Assembly (NCBI GenBank): GCA_028534125.1
Contig: CM052818.1
Coordinates: 15,874,001 to 15,938,000 of the forward strand
DNA: 64,000 nucleotides
DNA from: Lama glama
Lineage: Eukaryota
Reading direction: 5' to 3'
In this document: one piece after another, positions 25,891-39,346 of the stretch
Layout: each line of letters starts with the position of its first letter
Numbering within the stretch: the stretch's first letter is position 1
The notes under the pieces: model-generated
Databases searched by the model: none
Seen by the model: the letters and a program-made list of their open reading frames with translations, nothing else
Told to the model about the DNA's origin: nothing
Made by a program: the position numbers and the translations under genes

Positions 25891-28505
25891 TCTGTTGTTG
25901 ATAGGAGAGTTATTTTTTCAAGTGATTTTTTTTTTGCCTAGGAATAAACAACTGTACATTGTCCAACCTAAAACAAATCACTATATCTTCAATTTATGGG
26001 AAGTTCAGCCATTCAATATTTGTTAAGATCTGAGAACTTAGCTAGGGGCTCAGTTGAATGCAAAACTTCCATTCCTGTGTAAAGGAAAAGTGCAGCTGGA
26101 GCCTTTTAGCTGGTGATGGGTTCTTACTGGTCACTGTGAAATAAACAACAGATTGGAAGCTTTATTTACAAGGACCAACATGCCCTATGCAGACGGAGTT
26201 TAAGGTTCCCATTTGTTTCAGAAAGGAGAAAAACAAGACATTCATTACACCCCTAAAAGAACATGAAGTAGCTTGATGATCTTTTACATAATGAATCTGA
26301 GATTTGTAGAACACAATGTCCTAAAGAAAGAAATGGAAAAAAGTTAAAGATAACCTAAGTTCTGGAGCTGTGACACTGTTTTTATGTTAACATCTGAAGT
26401 TGGACCAAGACCTGAATGACTTATGATATTGTGTGCCTGGAAATGTATGGGGAGAAAATATTGATTAATTCCTATTGCTAGACCATATGCCCCACAGTAT
26501 TTTGCTATGATTTGATTTCAGTTCTAGTAAATAAGAAGATTCTGAAAAGGAGCTTCTTTAACAGACATTTCTTAAATCCTAATTGTGTGTGTGTATATGT
26601 GTGTGGGACGTGTGTGTAATATGCTGAATGTATTCCTTGTTTCTTCTGAGAAAATCTGGCAGCTGGTGTTTTGAGAGACACGCAGTGGAAAATGCCTGAG
26701 AGGCTCACTATACAGCATTTGTATTTTCAGGCAAATCTCCTATTTCCAGGAAAATACCTTGCCTTTTTCATCCTAGCCGTTCACTGTGTCTGATGTCTCA
26801 GAGTTTCTCTTTCTGTTGAGTTGTTTGCCCGACGTTTTTTTACCCTCACTGATTTTAAATCATCCAAATAAGTTGATTCTGTTCTTTTTCTGTCATTCTT
26901 TCCTTCCCTTCTTTCTTCTTTTATTTCTAAATGTAATTTTTTTCTTTAGGTTTTGTCATCACATAGTTAAAACTTCAAGGCAAATTAAGCCATTAGTTTG
27001 AAAATATCTCAAAGAGTAAAAGTAATTTATGCTCATCATGTTATTCAAAAGCAACAGTATCAATAAAAGATCGAAGAATTCTCCTTTGAAAAATAATGAA
27101 ACCTCTATTAATGAAGCAATTTTAATTTTAGATTTCTAATTAACTCTTAATTCTAAAGGTGGTGAAGTGCCTAAAGCTTCAAAGAGTACGGATCTGTAAC
27201 TGTATTTTTTTGAAAATATTATAATTAACTTTTAATTCATTAATGTATTTCTGTGGCAGAGCTACTCTATTTGATATTCAGAATATACTTAGAATCTTTT
27301 CTTCTCAAACAAAAGAAATAATATTTTGTTGTAAATAATCAATGCCAAATGCTTTATTTTAAATTTTAGTTGTAACTGAGTTTATGATGTTGGAATAATA
27401 TTATCATGGGGTGATTTAAGAGGTTAAGTTTATATTTCAATTTCTTTAGAATCTGAAGCATTTGATTGCTTGTTTTAAAGAAGGAAACCCAAGTTCCATT
27501 CTCATTGTTCTGTGCTGATGAAATCCTGAATAGTAATGAAGAAGCTATTTTTTAACTTGAGCCACTTGTTTAATAAAATTTTGTCGGTTCTCAGACTTAG
27601 TATTATCATTAGAAACCAGAATAATATTCCTCAGCCAAGAAGTGCCAGTGAAGTAACAGATATCAATTGCAATGTTCCTCAGCAAAATTTCTGTAAATGA
27701 AACATTTTTTTGGCACTCACTGGCTTCAAGGATTGTGGGCTTCTGTCTACTTTTTCTTAGACCAATTCCTTTATGTGCTGAGAAGATCTGCAAACTCAGA
27801 ATTCATGGCACCTAAGCCAAATGAAGTACCAAAGGTTTCAGTTCCTCCTTAGAAACATCCTTCAGGTTATCCCTTCATCTCCATTCTTCCAGCCCTGCCT
27901 TAACTTCAGGACTCTTTATGAGTCTCCTCATCTTACTTTCTGACTCTATGCCATTCCTCTCCAAATCAATCCTGCCTTTGGATCTTCTTTAAAAATGCTT
28001 CTATTAAACCACTCTTACTTAAAAATGTAATTGTTTCTTATTTCATTTCTTACTCATTACATGTGAATTTAAGCTTTTCTGAATGACTTTTAATATTCCT
28101 TTTCTATTATAGCCATACTGATGTTCCCACCATTCAAATATCATACATATTTCTTCACTGTTTGTTTTTTACACTATTGTTTGTTTTCTTTTAGAAAACC
28201 CTTCATATTTCCCTTGAATTTTCCAATTCTTATCCAGGTATCAAATATGGACAAATTTCTACCTTTTCTATATATTTATGATTTAATTCATAATTGATGT
28301 CCTCACTCTGAGTTACTATAAATAAAATAATATTCAGGTAAAATCTTATAGACATACACTTTATTAATGGTTATCATTTTCTCCTTCTGCCCTCCTTCCC
28401 TTCCTTCCTCCCCTCCTTCCTCTTCCTTGCTAACTTTTCTCCCTCTGTCCTTTTCATTCCACCTGCACTTATAACACATAAATTATAATTATTATATATT
28501 AGTAA

Positions 28506-28780
28506 TGTCAGATCATGCCAACTGGTCATTCTCCCCTATTGCCTTTCAGTTACTGAATCCTCTGACTTTTAATTGAGCACATGACATTACATGTGGGCAT
28601 GTGACTAAGTTCCAGACACCTGGATACGAGGGAAAATGACATGTGAGATTTATGGTTCACATCCTTAAACTTCACTCTTTTTTCCCCTTCCTATGGGCTG
28701 AAGTATACAGAGTTGATGTCTCTGTGCCAACTCTATCCATGCAGAAGAGGAGAACCTCATGGAAAGGGTATAGTTTACAC
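28506..28780. mobile_element. Old ERVL LTR fragment (LTR33-like)
   Basis: GTGGGCATGTGACTAAGTTCC motif and surrounding similarity to the recalled LTR33 consensus. Confidence 0.5.
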
Positions 28781-29069
28781 TAGACTTTGAAGGAGTGTTT
28801 TTAAATGTCTTGAGTATATTATTCCATTCTACATTTTCTTGGGTGTGGAGAGTACAACTTTTATTTCAACATTTATAACCGTGTAGTAAGTTTTTGTTCA
28901 AAACTCTTGTTCACATAAAAGGACAGTATTCATAATGACTTAAATTATAAAATTGGGGTTGAGGTAGAGATAGTAAATAAAGAATTAAAACCTTGATTTA
29001 AAGTAGATTTTCATGATGATTTTCAAGTGACACTGGTCAGTAGTAAACATTTATCTGGATAAACAGAAA

Positions 29070-29318
29070 CATCTAATAAGCACTTACTATATACTAGCCA
29101 CAGTTTATCTTACATGTATCAAGCTACATGTTACAAGTATCTCTTGAAAAACATCTGTGATACTGTTACTATCATTTTCAATATTGCATAAGTGGATGGT
29201 GGACAGGAAATATTAAATAATTTTCTTAAGGTCATACAGTTGGTAAGAGGAAAAGATGGAATTTGAATTTATTAAAACTAGATCTGTAGCCTACCCTTTT
29301 AACGACTGTGCTATATTG
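29070..29318 (-). mobile_element. MIR
   Basis: TAATAAGCACTTACTAT...TACTGTTACTATCATTTT...TTAAATAATTTTCTTAAGGTCATACAG...GGAATTTGAA. Confidence 0.75.
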
Positions 29319-29608
29319 TTCAATATGGTACAATATGTTCTTTGCCATACCGATGGCAATCAACTACTCCACCTGTAACTCCAGATCAGGAAATGTATCT
29401 GTAAGTAAAACACTTAAGTAAAAGAAGTTTTACACAACCACCCTAGGATATAGTAAAGTGAAAGATGAGAAACTAAGATAGGAATTTCACATTTCTTTGA
29501 GAGAAAAAAAAGTATATAAGAGAGAATTTTTATGGGGACATAATTAAGGTTTCTATTTTTGTGTCATAAAAATTACATCTTAGATGGCAGATTACTTGGA
29601 TTGGGGAT

Positions 29609-30170
29609 TGAAGGAGTTCAGGACATGCAATCTGAAAATATGCTGCTTGGCATTTTGATTGTTTTGGGTTGAAGGCTCTCAAAAAACAGAACATACAAGA
29701 AGAATCCTTCTCTGAACTTCTCTTTTTTTGCCTAAAGAAAGATCCTGCAGAAGGAAGTTAATTGTCATAAATCCCTCTCCAGGTGCTTCATTAAGCCAGG
29801 AAGGTTGTTGACTCATCACAGAAAAGGAGACTAAAAAGTCAACATCACATCCAAACTTTGTCACAAACTATCCTGTCTCTCATCTGTTTTACTAGGGGCC
29901 CATTTATTTTTTTCTAAAATTTATTTATTCTTTCCTAAATTGCCTACATCTTTCTTCCCTTTCCCCTATTAAAACAGTATATAAGCTTTCAATTCTTACT
30001 GCTTTGGGGAGGTATTCACTTTTTTTTCCTATGATGCCCCTGTGCATGTAATGTTAAAAGTTAATACATTTGTATACCTCTTATTCTATTAATCTGCCTT
30101 ATATCAATTTATTTCATAGCTGCAGCAACTGAACCTAACAGGATAGAAGGAAAATCTTTCCTCCCCTATA
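29609..30170 (+). mobile_element. MER34/MER39-like ERV1 solo LTR
   Basis: TGAAGGAGTTCAGGACATGC...TTCCTCCCCTATA with perfect 4-bp TSD GGAT (29605-29608 and 30171-30174). Confidence 0.85.
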
Positions 30171-30554
30171 GGATCATCCTTGGGGCCTTACATAGTCAAC
30201 CATCTTCTACATCTTCTGCTCTTTCAAATGACAAATATCAACAACTGATACATTCAGTGGGGGCCACAAAACTTAGAAGAAAGGTATCTATCTCCTGACA
30301 AGCCTGTAATTCTTTTGATTCCTATTGTTTGCTTTTTAAGCAGTGTGTGTGCTTTCTGACTGAGGGGGAAGCATCTGGCATGTCTTGTTCCCTTCCTTAT
30401 TATTTTTAAAGGATGACTATTAAAACACAAACAGCTGATTGTACATAATCAACATTCTGGACCTATAAACATCTTTTCTACCTATGGCCAGTCACTCTAT
30501 TTTGTATGAACAATCAACCCTTCTCCACTGAAAAACTGGCCCTATGGAACCAGA

Positions 30555-30738
30555 ACACACACGTGGCTACTTATTCAAATATAAATTAATTAAATAAAAA
30601 TTTAGTTCCTTATTTGCAGTAGCCACATAAGCAAATACTCGGTAGCCATAAGAAGCTAGCAGCCACTATATATTGGACAGCACAGATATAGAACATTTTC
30701 ATCATTATATGTCATAAAAGTCTTTTGGACAGTGCTGC
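30555..30738. mobile_element. MER3-like hAT-Charlie MITE
   Basis: CACGTGGCTAC...TAGCCACAT...ATTGGACAGCACAGATATAGAACATTTTCATCAT...TTGGACAGTGCTG. Confidence 0.8.
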
Positions 30739-30741
30739 TAC

Positions 30742-30910
30742 AGAGCTGTTTCTTTATCATGGTTACATACTGGAATCAACTGGAGAGCTCTAAAAAATCC
30801 AAATGCACTGGTACTACCTCAAACTGATTTAATCAGAACATCTCAAGGTGAAGCCAAGGTATTGGAAAGTGTCCACCATCTAGTGATTTTAGGTAGCCAG
30901 GATTGAGATT
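30742..30910. mobile_element. MER5-like hAT-Charlie MITE
   Basis: TGGAATCAACTGGAGAGCTCTAAAAAATCC...TAATCAGAACATCTC...GCCAGGATTGAGA. Confidence 0.7.
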
Positions 30911-31099
30911 AAATTTATAAAGTAAAATTTCTCTTTCCTAAACCAATAACTCCCTTTTGAAATGTATCCTTATAATCAGCACTTAAGTATGATAAAAATC
31001 TCTCCTTTCAAAAAAAAAAAAAAACTCCCTCCAAATTGCAATAACTCTAATAGCAGTAACAATGACACCTCCTCTTGATCCCAGATCCCGTTTTCTCCA

Positions 31100-32497
31100 C
31101 TTAATTCTATAATGATCTGAAAGGTCAAATCCTTTAAATGTATGCCTTAACCCAGGGTGGCAATATTCTCAATTCCTGCTTAATCCTTACTCCAAATAAC
31201 CTGGCTCCTATCTCCATTACACCACCTTCCTTGTAAGTGGACCAATGACTTACACTTCTCTAGACTCAGGAGATTTTTTTTAGTGTTTATCTTAGTTGAT
31301 TCTAAGGAGACCCTAACACTTTCGGCAATTTTGTTCTTGAAGCACTTTCTATCTTGCCTCCTCTGATGCACAGACTCCTTATTTTCCTGCTTTGTTTCTG
31401 AAGTCCCCTCTGCTTTTCTTTATTCAAGAATTTGTCAAAGTTTTATTATAGGCTCTCTTTACTTCTTGCTCTATTCTCTATTCTCAGAAAAGCTGCAGTT
31501 ACACAAGTATTTTACAATCTATACAATAATCAATTTTCAATTAACTTTTAGTCCAGATCTTTTTTTCTGAGCTGATATCTAACTGAGCAAAATCTCTACT
31601 AGACTATTTTAAATATGTAATCTGTTAAGAACACATTGTCCACTCCATCTCAAACTCATTCTGCTTCTTGTATTTTCTATCTCAGTTTGTGCCATGAAAT
31701 TCTTCTACTGTATAAGTCAACATGCTAAATTGTCACTGAAATCTCTTACCAATGTCTACTGCATCTCTAGTAGATAACCTCAAAAATGTTTCTCAAATCT
31801 ATACATTTCTTTCTCCTTCTGCTACCTCCAACTTAGTACAAGCTATCACAATCTATTTCTCCTAAGTGATGTACCTGAATCAAAGCTAGCTCCCTCCAAC
31901 CCTCAACCTACCCAACATATTGTAGCCAGAGTGATCTAAAAATACAAGTAGGGTTATGTTCCTCACCTGCATACATTGCTTCAATAATTTTGCTTTTAGA
32001 ATATAGAGACCAAAATCTATTATTTAGGCTTGCAAAGCTCTTCATGATCAGCTACCCCTTACTTTCCAGACACAGAAGTGTTCCATTCTTTTCTTCGCTC
32101 TAAACACCTTAGCCAACGTGACCTTTTTTGAGTCCTACTTACTCAAGATTTTCATGTATGCCATTTTCTCTGGAAAGGTTTTCCTTTCATTAATTAAATA
32201 CTATTTATGTTTTAAATTCCAGCTTAAATATCACATTCCAAGGAAAGTTTTCTTTGATTTGATAAATTTAAATTTTCCTATTATTCACTCTCATTACCCC
32301 AGTAACTTTATTCAGCACAATTACAGTTTAAAAATATGTTAATTTGCATTAATTGATTAATGTCTGCCTCCTCCAATCAATAAGTTTCTCGACAGCAGGG
32401 ACTGTATCTGTCTTACTCAAGATTTTATGTCTAGTGCCCTAGCATAGTGCAAGACTTATATGTTAGGTACACAGTAAATGTTTATTGAATAAATGAA
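31100..32497 (+). mobile_element. L2 with recognisable 3' end
   Basis: Ends with ...GCAGGGACTGTATCTG...TCTAGTGCCCTAGCATAGTG...TAAATGTTTATTGAATAAATGAA. Confidence 0.8.
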
Positions 32498-34682
32498 AGA
32501 ATAATAACTGAGGAGAGTATACAGCTTAGTTTTTAAACAATCAGAAAATAAATTGTGAAAGGAGAAAATACCAGATTTGTGAATCTTCTGAAACTCTTAG
32601 AAGAATAATTCATTATTAAAGGTAAACAAAGTTTTTATTTTTAAATGTCATGAGCAATCCGAATAAGAAGTGAATAATTCAGATCAAACCTATTACAAGC
32701 AGTTCCTTTCTTATAAACCCACTCTCTGCGTCTAGAATAAAAATGAAGAGAGCAATTTACCAGAATAAGTGTGTGCTGAAGGAGAGTTTGCTGCAGAAGG
32801 AAAAAGGTGAGCATGATCCTTAATTAGGTGGATCAATTGCCTGCATATTCAAAACATTTCTCTCTTATCCACTCTGTGCAAGTATACAGAACTGATATCA
32901 ATTTAATCCCAAGTAGCCCAAGTAGATTTAAAAAAATAATTTAAATGTACAACATGGTAAATTCTTCTTCTTCTTTTTGCTTTTTTTTTTTTTTTTTTTT
33001 TTGGTTTCCAAGAGCATGTGCATAACTACTTAGGACAGTGAATTCTTCCTGCAACAAAAGCAAGCAGACTAAAACAGAGTGAGGAAAAACTGAAATCTTG
33101 CCCTGAAAAAATCATTATTTTAAATATGAACATTTTCTTAGTTCACAAAAAATATGAATAAAATCTAAAGCTTTCTTTAAATTATTAAAATAATAATAAA
33201 AATGCTCACTCACTGCTCTGAGGGCCAGGTTTTGGCAATGGGATATTGACAATGTTCTCTTGGCAGAAGCAATAAATAGATGAATAAAAAGATGTGGCCT
33301 GAGGTAATGGAGGTAGGAAAAGTCAAGCATTATTTCAGAGACATATCAGAACCTTATTAAATTTATTTATATACCAGAGAATTTTTGATGCTTCATTGGT
33401 TTAAAGGTGCCCATAAATTTTTGATTGGATGAAGTCCTGAAAGAAATATGGTCCAGTCCTAAAGTAATAATACTATCAGATACATATGAATTATTTCTAA
33501 ATTAGTGTCTGGAACTAAATTCCAGATGTGTAAACAACAACAGAATTCCACTTCTTAATAATTTCCTTGAACAGATGTTTGTCTACTTTTCTGAATGAGC
33601 CGTGAAAATAGAAGCTATATGAAATGAATTCTTACTGCAAAAGTCAGCTAAGAAGTTAGCAACATTTGTAAATGGACAGTAATTCCTTTAGGTCTTTTTT
33701 TATCCTATGAAGAGAGAGGCTTGCACTGGTGAAAAGAGAAATATTTAAAATGTCCCTAATGTAAAAGCCAGCTGACCTATTACGCAGTAAAGACATTTTA
33801 ATTTGCAGAGTAGTTATCTTCCTTTAATTCTTTGAAAGAAGTGGAGATTGTGTCCTGGGAGAAATATGTCTATATGGCTCTTCAGTTTCTTTGTAGTTTT
33901 CAAATACATTGAAAATAATTCCTTTTCCTTACAAAAAAATTATTTCCATCTACACAAGCATTTTGTGGTGAGTTCCAATGAAGTTATTACTTACCTAAGA
34001 ATGATATATCTTAAATATTAAAGAATGTCAAACATTTTCTTTGAGCTAGAGGATCCCATATTGCTGAATAGATATATTCTACTTGGTATCTCTTCATTAA
34101 GGGCCACTTGAGAATATTTATAAAACTATATCTGTAAATAATGTTGTTTCAAAGTGTAATGTGCTTTTCATTTTAAACCACCTGATTATAATGCTTTGAA
34201 TATTCCCTTGGAATAGATTACAGTCTCAGAAGTTTGGAATACAGGGAGTGGCCAACTCCGTGTCTCAATCTTCTAAGAAATTTTACTGAGGAAGCTTTTC
34301 TTCTTGACATTAACAAAAGTGTTGTTGAGATGACTAAGTTAGAATAAACATGGAAAGAGTTGAGCTAAAGACATTTGAATAATGAGACAGAAAACCAAGA
34401 AGACAAAACAACTGTGGATTCTTATTCATCCACTGATAGTATATTGAAAGGTTGTCATAAAGAAAGCTAATTAAAAAGAATAACCTATCTATTCAGAAAA
34501 AGCATGGAAAAATATGAGAGTGTTATTTTGGAAGAATGTTAGTACAATATGAACTGGCAGATGAAAATGTTCTTTTGCTATCTGATGATGATTGTTCACT
34601 ATATGTCATGAACAATACTCATTTTCACTTCATGTCTCATTTTTATTAAACATTAGTGTTGGGCAAATAAATAAATATAATG

Positions 34683-34748
34683 GTAATCTGTTAAGAACAC
34701 ATTGTCCACTACATCTCAAACTCATTCTACTTCTTGTATTTTCTATCT
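34683..34748 (+). repeat. 66-bp dispersed direct copy of 31617-31682
   Basis: 64/66 identity by direct comparison. Confidence 0.95.
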
Positions 34749-34965
34749 AGCAAAATAGGATTGATTCAAATGAAAAAAAAATCCTTATACATTCTACACA
34801 GATTCTGACCCTGGGTTCTAATTTTAATGATTTTACTTTATGTGAAACATATTCTTAATTAAGACACTTCAGCTCTCCCTGTACTAATTCTATTATTTGT
34901 AAAATAAATGAGTGGTTTCAGTGAAATCCAGAATACTTTCCAGCTTCAACTGTTTAATACTGAAT

Positions 34966-35214
34966 ACAGAAAAAAAGAACAAATTAGTGGTCACCAGTGG
35001 AGAGAAGGAAGTAGGGAAGGAAAAGATAGGGGTATAGGGTTACAAGGTATAAAATAAATAAGTTACAGGAATGTATTGTGCAGCACAGGGAACACAGCCC
35101 ATATTTGATAATAACTTTAAATGGAGTACATTCTATAAAAACATTGAATCACAATGTTGTACACCTGAAACTAATATAATGTTGTGAATCAACTATACTT
35201 CAATAAATAAAAAA
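34966..35214 (+). mobile_element. 5'-truncated L1 3' UTR (L1MA9/artiodactyl-type)
   Basis: GCAGCACAGGGAACACAGCC...GTACACCTGAAACTAATATAATGTTG...AACTATACTTCAATAAA plus A tail. TSD AATACTGAAT at 34956-34965 and 35215-35224. Confidence 0.9.
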
Positions 35215-35831
35215 AATACTGAATGAGTCTTCTCCCAGCATCTCACCAGCAACCATGATGACTAACTCAGCTTCTGGAACACTCTCACATTTTAGCAAAT
35301 AATCACTTTAGCTTTAGCTCCCTATACCATAATTTCTTAGTGCTGTATTAACATTTATATTCAGAAAGAGTCTGTATCTGCTCAGACTCAGCCCACAGGT
35401 TAAATAATGTTAGAAACATAATGTTATCATGGCAACAAAAATACCCCTCCATACTAGTACAGACTTGAGAACACAACATATCCCTGAGTAAGCATTAACA
35501 GATCCACATGCACCCAAGGAAGCACAATGGTGACTATGAAGTAGGGACAACATCTCACACATATTGTACAACAATGAAGAAGACAGAAAAAGGAGTTCAC
35601 TGTCTCTTTGAGACACTAAGGGCTGTATCTTCTGATTATCTCCTGTACCTCTCATGATGAACCCCTGAGCTAGTTCTGGAGGTAGGTTTTGACATATCTA
35701 GAGGCTACCTGGCCTGCGACTTTAGAGATATCTCTACACTGTGAGATCTGGAGAGTCGGTTTTATTACTAGAAAGGTTCATCTCTATTTCAAAAGTTATC
35801 AGAAGAACTCTAATTTACTGTGTTTCCAAGG

Positions 35832-35859
<28 letters not shown>
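35832..35859. repeat. (AC)n microsatellite
   Basis: Seen directly. Confidence 0.97.
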
Positions 35860-35863
<4 letters not shown>

Positions 35864-36249
35864 AAATTGGTCTATCTTTGTAATAGAGAAAATTATTTTT
35901 ATTTACTCTTAAAGTATGAAGAAACTCATATGAATTTAACTACTTGGGCTTCAAAAAATAGCATAGAGCCCTATCTTGGGACTGGAAGTTTAGTGGAAAC
36001 ACTATGATCACAAAGAGTAAAGCGCAAAGAAAATAATACCTAGAAATACAACTTCAACCCAGGCATCAGTTGTAGGCACTGTATAGTAGTGCCGCTCATT
36101 ACCACCGTCTTTGTTTCATCCTCTTAATTTTTTTGAAATTACATTTTTTGAAATTACAAGACCTTGGAGGTCTTGGACATTATCCACATCTTGAAAAAGA
36201 ATTATCCACATCTTGAAAAAGAATAGCACCTTCTTCACTGTCCTAACTC

Positions 36250-36558
36250 AATGCTGTTCAGTACAAATAAAATGTAAGCTACATGTGTGATTTTAAACTT
36301 TCTAGTAGCTATATTAAAAAGTACAAAAAAAAAAAGAGAGTGTAAAGTTACTTCTTATTCAATACAATACATCTAACATATTGCCATGTCAACATATAAT
36401 CAGTAAAAAAAAGTATTGAGATATTGTACTCTTTTTAACCAAGTCTTTGTAATCTGGTGTACATGTTACATTTACAGCACTTCTCAATTCAGACCACTCC
36501 CATTTCAAATGCTCAGTAGCCACATGTGGCTGATGGCTACCATACTGGACAGCATAGT
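36250..36558. mobile_element. MER33-like hAT-Charlie MITE
   Basis: TGCTGTTCAGTACAAATA...TTTCTAGTAGCTATATTAAAAAGTA...TGCTCAGTAGCCACATGTGGCTGATGGCTACCATACTGGACAGCA. Confidence 0.85.
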
Positions 36559-38003
36559 TCCACCCAAATGCATAAGGAATATGTGATGCCTACTGTCTGT
36601 GACGGTAGCAAACACAGAATTTTATTCTGGGATTTTAAGTGACAGGCCAATGAGATTATCTTTACCTATTTCTATTGTTGTGGTTTGTGGGTAATAATTA
36701 TAAATACCCCTTTCTAGCCCCCGAGTTCCAAATTGATTGAGAACCAGACCCAAGTTTCATGTAGACAGAGATCAAAATATCAGCTTCAGTTAAAAAAAAC
36801 AAAACAAAACAAAACCTGCATTGTGCAGTGTGGCTTAGATCTGTATCTACACTAGACTTCCTAGTGCTGTTGCCTAGTTCTAGCTCTGGGGCTGCTTGGG
36901 GATATACGGAGTGAATTGATCTCTTCCTCAAGTGTGCTTCCCTTGTAAAAGGAGATTAGTGGACTGGGTTCTGCCTCCCTGCAAGGAGAACCCAGGAAAA
37001 GTCTTATCCCATTTTCAATCATCAGATAAATGACTTTCCTTCTTTTATTTTTGGAGGAGGGAGGAAATTTAGGAAAATGATTTCCAATACTATTTCACCT
37101 TGGGGAACAGAATGCACAGGAGAATAAAAGTCTGTAAAGCTACTCCTAAATTCCCAAGCAGAGTATACGATTTTAATTATACTATGGAAAACTACATAGC
37201 AGCATATTAGAAGGAGGTACATAAAAAGTTTTTAGCTAAAACTATGAGTTTTTTTATTCATAGAAGTAAGGAAAACCTACAGATCTATGTTAGGAAGAGG
37301 TATGCTAAAAAACTTTTAATTAAACTTACGGATGAGTTTATTTGACGATTTACCATACCATGACAACTGAAAGATAACAACAACATGCAAATAGCCTCTT
37401 TCCTACCTAACTTTCCAGGTCTCTATTACCCACAGCCTTCAGGCATCTGTCAGAATCTGACTGATTAAACTCTGGAAGTAAGTGCCCTCGGCCAGACATA
37501 TGCAATTGGGGTGACTTATCTATTGTTGATTACAGCTTAGTGAAAAATGGCTGACATTTCATGCCCAAAGTGTGGAATTGGCCTTATCTAAGCTTGCTTA
37601 TTTGTTTATTTCTTCACAATGTTGAACAATCATTGACCAACTGAAATGACTTAACAAAAATTGCTTTCTTTCATTTGGTCTCCTTATATAGTTTTTATAT
37701 ATTGTAAGTAGTCTTCTAAATGTAAGTTTGGCTTTACATAATTTTCCTCCAAAATCATGACAAATGATTGACTGTCAGGTACAATCACCAAAACATCAGA
37801 ATGGGGAGGAGAACAGATGTATTCATTTACTCTTTATAATTTTTTTTTTTGGTTCTTGAGCTTTACTCTTTTTGAATTCTTTTTTTTAAAGTATTTTATT
37901 TTCAGTTCACCAAGAAAGAGAATAGAATCTGCTATTCAGTCACATCTGAGGTTGTCTGTTGTGAAGGGGATAAGCAGTTGCAGATTAGAAAACTGTAGTT
38001 TCA

Positions 38004-38602
38004 CAGAAGGAACCCTACTTCACAAAGACACCTGCACCCCAATGTTCATAGCAGCACTATTTATAATAGCCAAGACATGGAAGCAGCCTAAATGTCCATC
38101 AACAGATGACTGGATAAAGAAGATGTGGTATATTTATACAATGGGATAGTATTCAACCATAAAAACTGACAACATAACGCCATTTGCAGCAACATGTATG
38201 TCTCTGGAGAATGTCATTCTAAGTGAAGTAAGCCAGAAAGAGAAAGAAAAATACCTTATGAGATCGCTCATATGCGGAATCTAAAAAAAGAAAGAAAGAA
38301 ACATAAATACAAAACAGAAATAGACTCACAGACATAGAATACAAACTTGTGGTTGCCAAGGGGGAGGGAGGTGGGAAGGGACAGACTGGGATTTCAAAAT
38401 GTAGAACAGATAAACAAGATTATACTGTATAGCACAGGGAAATATATATAAGATCTTATGGTAGCTCATAGCAAAAAAAAAAGTGACAATGAATATACGT
38501 ATGTTCATGTGTAACTGAAAAATTGTGCTCTACGATGGAATTTGACACAACATTGTAAAATGAATATAACTCAATAAAAAAAGTAAAAAAAAAAAAAAAG
38601 AA
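38004..38602 (+). mobile_element. Young lineage-specific 5'-truncated L1 (ORF2 C-terminus, 3' UTR, poly-A)
   Basis: Encodes KDTCTPMFIAALFIIAKTWKQPKCPSTDDWIKKMWYIYTM* (L1 ORF2 C-terminus, premature TAG at 38147). AATAAA plus A tail. Perfect 17-bp TSD AGAAAACTGTAGTTTCA (37987-38003 and 38603-38619) at a TT/AGAA site. Confidence 0.97.
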
Positions 38603-38890
38603 AGAAAACTGTAGTTTCAGAGAATGTACAGGGCAAATTACGGGGCCCTGCACAGCTGAAGCACCGGGTTCTGAGAGGAAGATGGTCTGAGAGACCGTTG
38701 AGGGCCACTGGAAACACACTTTACAATGGCACAATTTTTGTAGAGGATGACTTATCAGGATCACGTATTACTTCTTCCATTACTTAATACCATTATGTAA
38801 TACCCTTCCTGTACGTCTTTCTTCCACCTCTGCTTAATACCACATATGTAATCAAAATCATTTGTTAGCATTTGCCCTGAAATGGGAAAA

Positions 38891-39346
38891 TGATAAAAAT
38901 ACCCCAAAACTGGGTTTGCCTCTTGGTGGGTGTTAAGCCATAAGACACAACCAAGCCAAAGTTTACGAGAAAAAACGATTTATTACTTGCAGCGAGTAAG
39001 GAGAACATAGGTATCTTTCCCAAAGCAGTGTCTCCCCAGACAGCAAAACTGGGGAAGTTTTAAGCTAAGGATATATGCATATACATGACAGGGAATTCAG
39101 AGGAGATTTCAGCATAGAACTGGGGCAAAGGTCAACAGAGTCCAAGTTTTAGTTATGTTTGGCATTGTTACTTCTCTTACTGGATGACACTTTGTTCTTT
39201 TGCCCCCTTAAGATCATTATTGCTGAGACCTGTTCAAGGGCAAAGCATTGTGGCCAGGCTTACATCACAAAATGACTTAGGCCTCTTATGTCAAAAGCTG
39301 CCTCTGGTTCTTTTCCTCTGGGGTCCCCATACCCTATCTGCTTACA
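38891..39346 (-). mobile_element. ERV solo LTR
   Basis: TG...CA termini and TTTATT (antisense poly-A signal) near 38980. The minus strand starts TGTAAGCAGATAGGG. The TSD is unclear (GGAAAA/GGAATA is possible). Confidence 0.7.

Noticed and set aside
36180..36210. Two TTATCCACA matches (bacterial DnaA box)
   Set aside because: Coincidental product of a tandem duplication in mammalian DNA.
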